Below, in pieces: positions 1 to 4,183 of a stretch of DNA of 4,183 bases; the first letter of the stretch is position 1; every line of letters starts with the position of its first letter. This DNA comes from a virus (Duplodnaviria; Heunggongvirae; Uroviricota; Caudoviricetes), in the IMG/VR virus record IMGVR_UViG_2671180378_000012; one strand, given 5' to 3'. The position numbers and the translations under genes were made by a program. Under the pieces are notes generated by a model, which had not been told where the DNA came from, did no database searches, and saw only the letters and a list, made by a program, of their open reading frames with translations.

Positions 1-1
1 C

Positions 2-1309
2 CAGGGGGAAATGGGGTACATCAACCGTTCGCGTGCAACAGGCGTCAGCAAAGGTCCGGGGCAGCAGGAAGCCGTCAGCCGTCTGGCTGAAGAGCTGACA
101 GGTAAAAAGCATACATCACCGAAAACGCGCTCTGCCGGGGAGAGGGAAGAGGAGCAGGCAAGAGAGGCTCTGCTTGCCCTTGAAGCTGAGCTCAGGACGC
201 TGGAAAAACACAGCGGTGCGAATGAGAAAATCAGCCGGCAGCGCCGTGATTTATGGAAGGCGGAAAGTCAGTATGCGGTCCTGAAAGAGGCTGCCACGAA
301 ACGACAGTTATCTGAGCAGGAAAAATCCCTGCTGGCGCATAAAGACGAGACGCTGGAGTACAAACGCCAGCTGGCTGAGCTGGGCGACAAGGTTGAATAC
401 CAGAAACGCCTGAATGAGCTGGCACAGCAGGCGGTGCGGTTTGAAGAGCAGCAGAGCTCGAAGCAGGCCGCCATCAGCGCAAAAGCCCGCGGTCTCACTG
501 ACCGTCAGGCGCAGCGGGAGTCTGAAGCGCAGCGTCTTCGGGACGTGTACGGTGATAATCCGGCTGCGCTGGCGAAGGCCACATCGGCACTGAAGAACAC
601 CTGGTCTGCGGAGGAGCAGCTTCGTGGAAGCTGGATGGCCGGGCTGAAGTCCGGCTGGGGCGAGTGGGCGGAAAGTGCGACGGACAGTTTTTCGCAGGTT
701 AAAAGTGCTGCCACGCAGACCTTTGACGGTATTGCACAGAATATGGCGGCGATGCTGACCGGTGCAGAGGCAGACTGGCGGGGATTCACCCGTTCTGTGC
801 TGTCCATGATGACAGAAATCCTGCTTAAACAGGCCATGGTGGGCATTGTCGGGCGTATCGGCAGCGCCATTGGCGGTGCTTTCGGTGGTGGTGCATCTGC
901 TTCCTCGGGGACGGCCATTGAGGCTGCGGCGGCGAACTTCCATTTCGCGACCGGAGGATTTACGGGGACGGGCGGCAAATATGAGCCTGCGGGGATAGTT
1001 CACCGCGGGGAGTTTGTTTTCACGAAAGAGGCAACCAGCCGGATAGGTGTGGGGAATCTTTACCGTCTGATGCGCGGCTATGCGGAAGGTGGTTATGTGG
1101 GCGGTGCCGGAAGTCCGGCGCAGATGCGGCGGACGGAAGGCATTAATTTTAATCAGAACAATCACGTGGTGATTCAGAACGACGGCACCAACGGACAGGC
1201 GGGGCCGCAGCTGATGAAGGCGGTGTATGACATGGCCCGCAAGGGGGCGCAGGATGAGCTCCGGCTGCAGTTGCGTGATGGCGGTATGTTATCAGGGAGC
1301 GGGCGATGA
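2..1309 (+). CDS. H: Tail tape measure protein (lambda gpH-like), C-terminal portion; 5'-partial, continues upstream of the window
   Basis: The frame is open from the window edge (codons from nt 2, no stop before the ATG at 11) to TGA at 1307-1309. The translation has a charged, coiled-coil-like region, then a Gly/Ala-rich hydrophobic segment (GGAFGGGASASSG...), then a conserved C-terminus. It sits immediately upstream of M-L-K-I-J and its stop overlaps the M start (ATGA). 432+ residues is far shorter than a full tape measure protein, so the real start lies upstream. Confidence 0.88.
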   Translation, partial: QGEMGYINRSRATGVSKGPGQQEAVSRLAEELTGKKHTSPKTRSAGEREEEQAREALLALEAELRTLEKHSGANEKISRQRRDLWKAESQYAVLKEAATKRQLSEQEKSLLAHKDETLEYKRQLAELGDKVEYQKRLNELAQQAVRFEEQQSSKQAAISAKARGLTDRQAQRESEAQRLRDVYGDNPAALAKATSALKNTWSAEEQLRGSWMAGLKSGWGEWAESATDSFSQVKSAATQTFDGIAQNMAAMLTGAEADWRGFTRSVLSMMTEILLKQAMVGIVGRIGSAIGGAFGGGASASSGTAIEAAAANFHFATGGFTGTGGKYEPAGIVHRGEFVFTKEATSRIGVGNLYRLMRGYAEGGYVGGAGSPAQMRRTEGINFNQNNHVVIQNDGTNGQAGPQLMKAVYDMARKGAQDELRLQLRDGGMLSGSGR

Positions 1310-1635
1310 AAACCTTTCGCTGGAAAGTGAAGCCGGATATGGAGGTGAACTCACAGCCATCGGTGCGTGAAGTGCGTTTTGGTGACGGGTACTCACAGCG
1401 TATGGCGGCAGGGCTGAATGCTGACCTGAAAACATACCGGGTGACGCTTTCCGTGACCCGGGAGGAGGCCCGGCATCTGGAAGCGTTTCTGGCAGAGCAC
1501 GGGGGCTGGAAGGCATTTTTGTGGAAGCCACCCTATGCATACCGGCAGATAAAGGTGACCTGTGCCGGGTGGTCTGCGCGGGTCGGGATGTTGCGCGTTG
1601 AGTTCAGCGCGGAGTTTAAGCAGGTGGTGAACTGA
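1306..1635 (+). CDS. M: Minor tail protein M (tail tip assembly)
   Basis: 109-aa ORF beginning MKTFRWKVKP..., same length and clear similarity to lambda gpM as I recall it. GGGAG Shine-Dalgarno about 7 nt upstream (1295-1299). Start overlaps the H stop (ATGA) and stop overlaps the L start. Confidence 0.92.
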   Translation: MKTFRWKVKPDMEVNSQPSVREVRFGDGYSQRMAAGLNADLKTYRVTLSVTREEARHLEAFLAEHGGWKAFLWKPPYAYRQIKVTCAGWSARVGMLRVEFSAEFKQVVN

Positions 1636-2333
1636 TGCAGGATATTCACGAAGAAAGTCTGAACGAGTCGGTTAAATCAGAGCAGTCACCGCGGGTGGTA
1701 CTCTGGGAAATCGACCTGACGGCGCAGGGCGGTGAGCGGTATTTTTTCTGCAATGAGCTGAATGAAAAAGGGGAGCCGGTGACCTGGCAGGGGCGTGAAT
1801 ATCAGGCGTACCCGATTGAGGGCAGCGGCTTTGAGATGAACGGAAAGGGCAGCAGTGCCCGCCCGTCGCTGACGGTGTCCAATCTGTTCGGTCTTGTCAC
1901 CGGGATGGCGGAGGATTTGCAGAGCCTGGTGGGTGCCACGGTGGTCCGCCGCCGGGTGTATGCGCGTTTTCTGGATGCGGTGAACTTTGTGGCAGGCAAT
2001 CCGGAGGCCGACCCGGAGCAGGAGCTGACTGACCGGTGGGTGGTGGAGCAGATGTCATCGCTGACGGCCATGACGGCCTCGTTTGTGCTGGCCACACCGA
2101 CCGAGACGGACGGGGCGCTGTTTCCCGGTCGCATCATGCTGGCGAACACCTGTATGTGGGATTACCGGGGAGATGAATGCGGGTATAACGGTCCTGCGGT
2201 GGCGGATGAGTTCGACAACCCCACCACGGATATCCGTAAGGACAGATGCAGCAAGTGCATGCGCGGGTGTGAGATGCGCGGCATGGCGGTCAATTTTGGC
2301 GGTTTCCTTTCCATCAATAAACTTTCGCAGTAA
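1635..2333 (+). CDS. L: Minor tail protein L (tail tip assembly; Fe-S cluster-binding family)
   Basis: 232-aa ORF beginning MQDIHEESLNE... and ending ...NFGGFLSINKLSQ, same length as and closely resembling lambda gpL. AGGTGG Shine-Dalgarno at 1622-1627. TGATG overlap with the M stop. C-terminal Cys residues at codons 173, 182, 205, 208 and 212. Confidence 0.92.
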   Translation: MQDIHEESLNESVKSEQSPRVVLWEIDLTAQGGERYFFCNELNEKGEPVTWQGREYQAYPIEGSGFEMNGKGSSARPSLTVSNLFGLVTGMAEDLQSLVGATVVRRRVYARFLDAVNFVAGNPEADPEQELTDRWVVEQMSSLTAMTASFVLATPTETDGALFPGRIMLANTCMWDYRGDECGYNGPAVADEFDNPTTDIRKDRCSKCMRGCEMRGMAVNFGGFLSINKLSQ

Positions 2334-2343
2334 ATCCTGTTTT

Positions 2344-2973
2344 ATGACACAGACTGAATCAGCGATTCTGGCGCATGCCCGGCGGTGTGCGCCTGCGGAG
2401 TCGTGCGGCTTCGTGATAAGCACGCCGGAGGGGGAACGGTATATCCCTTGTGTGAATATCTCTGCAGAGCCGGAGGCGTATTTTCGTATCGCACCGGAAG
2501 ACTGGCTGCGGGCAGAGATGCAGGGGGAGATTGTGGCACTGGTCCACAGTCATCCCGGTGGACTGCCCTGGCTGAGCGAGGCTGACCGGCGGCTGCAGAT
2601 AAAAAGCGCACTGCCCTGGTGGCTGGTCTGCCGGGGTGACATTCATAAATTCCGCTGTGTGCCACATNNNNNNNNNNNNNNNNNNNNNNNNNNNNNNNNN
2701 NNNNNNNNNNNNNNNNNNNNNNNNNNNNNNNNNNNNNNNNNNNNNNNNNNNNNNNNNNNNNNNNNNNNNNNNNNNNNNNNNNNNNNNNNNNNNNNNNNNN
2801 NNTGCGGCAACGGTGAACTGCTTCACCATATACCTGAACAACTGAGTAAACGGGAGAGGTATTCTGAAAAATGGCAACGACGAACGCATTCTGTCTGGCG
2901 TCACCGCCACTGGTCCGCATCTGCCTTCACGGGGATTTACAACGATTTGGCCGCCGCCTCAGCCTGTATGTGA
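2344..2973 (+). CDS. K: Tail tip assembly protein K (MPN/JAMM metallopeptidase-like N-terminal domain, NlpC/P60-like C-terminal region); interrupted by N-masked block
   Basis: ATG at 2344 is 10 nt after the L stop and begins MTQTESAILAHARRCAPAESCGF... A JAMM motif H-S-H-x7-S-x2-D is readable at 2545-2586 (HSHPGGLPWLSEAD). The C-terminal tail ...GELLHHIPEQLSKRERY...AFTGIYNDL is lambda gpK-like. Stop TGA at 2971-2973. 135 nt of N (2668-2802) hide the middle of the protein. The ORF-track version (2083..2973) is an upstream in-frame extension that overlaps L and is not believed to be translated. Confidence 0.82.
   Translation: MTQTESAILAHARRCAPAESCGFVISTPEGERYIPCVNISAEPEAYFRIAPEDWLRAEMQGEIVALVHSHPGGLPWLSEADRRLQIKSALPWWLVCRGDIHKFRCVPHXXXXXXXXXXXXXXXXXXXXXXXXXXXXXXXXXXXXXXXXXXXXXCGNGELLHHIPEQLSKRERYSEKWQRRTHSVWRHRHWSASAFTGIYNDLAAASACM
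2668..2802. other. Run of 135 N (masked or assembly gap) inside gene K
   Basis: Literal n characters in the sequence. Length is a multiple of 3 and the K frame is kept across it, but the true underlying length and content are unknown. Confidence 0.99.
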
Positions 2974-3353
2974 ACACGGCAGCGGAGGCCATCCGTGCCC
3001 TGTCGCTGCAGGTGCCGGGATTCCGCCGTCAGATGAACGAAGGCNNNNNNNNNNNNNNNNNNNNNNNNNNNNNNNNNNNNNNNNNNNNNNNNNNNNNNNN
3101 NNNTGCCAGCATGATACTGGGTGGTGTGGCTCAGATGCTGGCCCCGAAGGCTAAAGTACCGGAGTACAAAAGCACGGATAACGGCAGACAGAACACGTAC
3201 TTTTCCTCGCTGGATAACATGATTGCACAGGGGAACCCGATGCCGGTGCCTTACGGTGAAATGCTGGTTGGCTCACGGCGAATCTCCCAGGACATCAGTA
3301 CCCGTGATGAAGGCGGTGACGGGAAGGTGGTGGTTATCGGGCGGCAGGCATAA
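2871..3353 (+). CDS. I: Tail tip assembly protein I (ubiquitin-like N-terminal domain family); interrupted by N-masked block
   Basis: ATG at 2871 begins MATTNAFCLASPPLVRICLHGDLQRFGRR... and the C-terminus is ...GGVAQMLAPKA...QNTYFSSLDNMIAQGN...GEMLVGSRRISQ..., both clearly lambda gpI-like. Stop TAA at 3351-3353. It starts 103 nt before the K stop in a different frame, the same overlap I recall for lambda K/I. 59 nt of N (3045-3103) hide the central region. Confidence 0.85.
   Translation: MATTNAFCLASPPLVRICLHGDLQRFGRRLSLYVNTAAEAIRALSLQVPGFRRQMNEGXXXXXXXXXXXXXXXXXXXXASMILGGVAQMLAPKAKVPEYKSTDNGRQNTYFSSLDNMIAQGNPMPVPYGEMLVGSRRISQDISTRDEGGDGKVVVIGRQA
3045..3103. other. Run of 59 N (masked or assembly gap) inside gene I
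   Basis: Literal n characters. The flanking frame is continuous only if the gap length is taken at face value, so the true length is uncertain. Confidence 0.99.
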
Positions 3354-3390
3354 AAGCGAAAAAATCCCGCAGTGACCGAAGGCTGCGGGA
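3352..3390 (-). terminator. Putative intrinsic-terminator-like hairpin oriented on the minus strand, abutting the I stop codon
   Basis: Perfect 8-bp stem, TCCCGCAG (3365-3372) pairing with CTGCGGGA (3383-3390), with a 10-nt loop. On the minus strand it is followed by TTTTTTCGCTTTT (complement of 3352-3364). On the plus strand it is followed by an A-rich stretch, not a U-tract. Confidence 0.35.
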
Positions 3391-3497
3391 ACAGAAAATG
3401 AAGATTAACCACAGGGAGTTTTGTTTTTATTGGCCCGAAAAAACTGTAACGCCCGGGAATGATATCTGCCACGGGGGCGTACAGAAAATGTGAAGAT
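3391..3497. repeat. Short direct repeat, ACAGAAAATG followed by AAGAT, two copies 90 bp apart in the I-J spacer
   Basis: Exact 10-mer ACAGAAAATG at 3391-3400 and 3481-3490. Copy 1 continues AAGAT, copy 2 continues TG then AAGAT. Both copies sit just 3' of a G-rich hairpin-like segment and are followed within about 25-33 nt by TTTTTATT. Confidence 0.4.
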
Positions 3498-3523
3498 ATT
3501 CAGAATTTTTATTCAGTCATGAT

Positions 3524-3557
3524 ACAGGCATCCTCCGGGATGCCTGTTGTTTTTGTG
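3524..3557 (+). terminator. Putative Rho-independent terminator-like hairpin on the plus strand, about 30 nt upstream of the J start
   Basis: 10-bp stem, ACAGGCATCC (3524-3533) pairing with GGATGCCTGT (3538-3547), with a tetraloop TCCG, followed directly by the T-rich tract TGTTTTTGTG (3548-3557). Confidence 0.45.
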
Positions 3558-3588
3558 CGTAACAGTTATCACAGTAAAGGGTGAGACA

Positions 3589-4183
3589 ATGGGCAAAGGT
3601 GGCGGCAAGGCGCACACGCCGGTTGAGGCAAAGGACAATCTTAAGTCCACGCAGATGATGAGCGTGATTGATGCGATTGGTGAAGGGCCGATTGAAGGTC
3701 CGGTGAAGGGGCTGCAGAGTATTCTGGTGAACAAAACCCCGCTGACGGACACGGACGGTAATCCTGTGATACATGGTGTGACAGCGGTCTGGCGCGCCGG
3801 GGAGCAGGAGCAGACACCACCGGAAGGCTTTGAGTCCTCCGGGGCGGAAACCGCACTGGGCGTGGAAGTGACGAAGGCAAAGCCGGTGACGCGCACCATT
3901 ACGTCCGCGAACATTGACCGCCTGCGGGTCACCTTCGGGGTGCAGTCACTGGTGCAGACCACCTCAAAGGGCGACCGTAATCCCTCTTCTGTCCGACTGC
4001 TGATTCAGTTGCAGCGTAACGGTAACTGGGTGACGGAAAAGGATGTCACCATTAACGGCAAGACCACCTCACAGTTCCTGGCCTCGGTGATTCTGGGTAA
4101 TCTGCCTCCCCGTCCTTTTAACATCCGGATGGTCCGGGAGACAGCGGACAGCACCCCGGACCAGCTGCAGAATAAGACGCTCT
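3589..4183 (+). CDS. J: Host specificity protein / central tail fibre J, N-terminal portion; 3'-partial, continues beyond the window
   Basis: ATG at 3589 begins MGKGGGKAHTPVEAKDNLKSTQMMSVIDAIGEGPIEGPV..., strongly resembling the lambda gpJ N-terminus, including ...EQEQTPPEGFESSG...TRTITSANIDRLR...GDRNPS...NLPPRPFNIRM...DQLQNKTL. I translated the frame by hand and found no stop to the window end at 4183. It is missing from the ORF track only because no stop lies inside the window. Confidence 0.92.
   Translation, partial: MGKGGGKAHTPVEAKDNLKSTQMMSVIDAIGEGPIEGPVKGLQSILVNKTPLTDTDGNPVIHGVTAVWRAGEQEQTPPEGFESSGAETALGVEVTKAKPVTRTITSANIDRLRVTFGVQSLVQTTSKGDRNPSSVRLLIQLQRNGNWVTEKDVTINGKTTSQFLASVILGNLPPRPFNIRMVRETADSTPDQLQNKTL

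Noticed and set aside
231-1165. Minus-strand ORFs 231-425, 268-498, 308-1165 and 505-978, antisense to gene H
   Set aside because: They lie wholly inside the well-supported gpH-like frame on the opposite strand. Their translations are low-complexity and Arg/Pro/Ala-rich, typical of spurious antisense frames in GC-rich coding DNA, with no recognisable similarity.
1292-1540. Minus-strand ORF 1292-1540, antisense to M
   Set aside because: Antisense to the conserved gpM frame; Pro/Ser-rich low-complexity translation with no start context.
2083-2343. Upstream in-frame extension of the K ORF (ORF track 2083..2973)
   Set aside because: The extension overlaps 250 nt of L in another frame and translates to Cys/Arg/Pro-rich sequence unlike gpK. 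The conserved MPN-like N-terminus begins at the ATG at 2344, just after the L stop.
1802-2423. Minus-strand ORFs 1802-2149, 1897-2097 and 2055-2423, antisense to L and the start of K
   Set aside because: Embedded in confidently assigned + strand genes, with composition-biased translations. They would also break the otherwise single-strand tail operon.
2342-2920. Minus-strand ORFs 2342-2920 and 2359-2910, and + strand ORFs 2385-2585 and 2636-2845
   Set aside because: They are antisense or out of frame relative to K and are largely made of translated N (X runs), so they are artefacts of the masked block.
3365-3390. Hairpin at 3365-3390 considered as a + strand terminator for the H-M-L-K-I transcript
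   Set aside because: On the + strand the stem is followed by ACAGAAAATGAAG (A-rich), not a U-tract. The U-tract lies on the minus strand, so I assign it minus-strand orientation only.
3251-3472. Minus-strand 73-aa ORF starting with GTG in the spacer and running antisense into the 3' end of I
   Set aside because: Non-ATG start with no Shine-Dalgarno. Most of it is antisense to the conserved C-terminus of gpI, the translation is low-complexity, and the minus-strand terminator-like hairpin lies inside it rather than after it.
3421-3580. Candidate sigma70-like promoter for J in the spacer (for example TTGTTT near 3421 or 3547, with weak -10-like hexamers)
   Set aside because: No pair of hexamers with good consensus and 16-18 bp spacing could be found by eye. 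Lambdoid late genes are normally transcribed from the distant late promoter under antitermination, so an internal promoter is neither needed nor supported.
3513-3962. Minus-strand ORFs 3513-3962, 3517-3774 and 3641-3880, antisense to the J N-terminus
   Set aside because: Antisense to the strongly conserved gpJ-like frame; Arg/Pro/Ser-rich translations typical of GC-rich antisense frames.
1-4183. Whole-window check for CRISPR arrays, tRNA or rRNA genes, integrase or transposase genes, and inverted-repeat-bounded mobile elements
   Set aside because: No regularly spaced repeat-spacer array, no tRNA-like cloverleaf region, and no such coding frames were seen. The content is fully accounted for by tail genes plus the I-J spacer.

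Overview
This window is the tail-tip assembly segment of a lambda-like (lambdoid) siphovirus or prophage, probably from an enterobacterial host. All genes are on the + strand in the canonical order: the 3' part of tape measure gene H, then M, L, K, I, and the 5' part of the host-specificity/central tail fibre gene J. J was found by reading the sequence, since it runs off the window and is absent from the ORF track. Gene boundaries show typical phage coupling (ATGA at H/M, TGATG at M/L, and a 103-nt out-of-frame K/I overlap). Two N-masked blocks (2668-2802, 3045-3103) interrupt K and I and cannot be interpreted. The only part not explained by the canonical module is the 235-bp I-J spacer, which carries two GC-rich hairpins with U-tracts on opposite strands, a short direct repeat and a possible 31-codon ORF. 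I see no evidence of a novel multi-gene system; the spacer is the best candidate for something undescribed (a small moron or sRNA-like insert). All homology calls are from memory of lambda proteins, not a database search.
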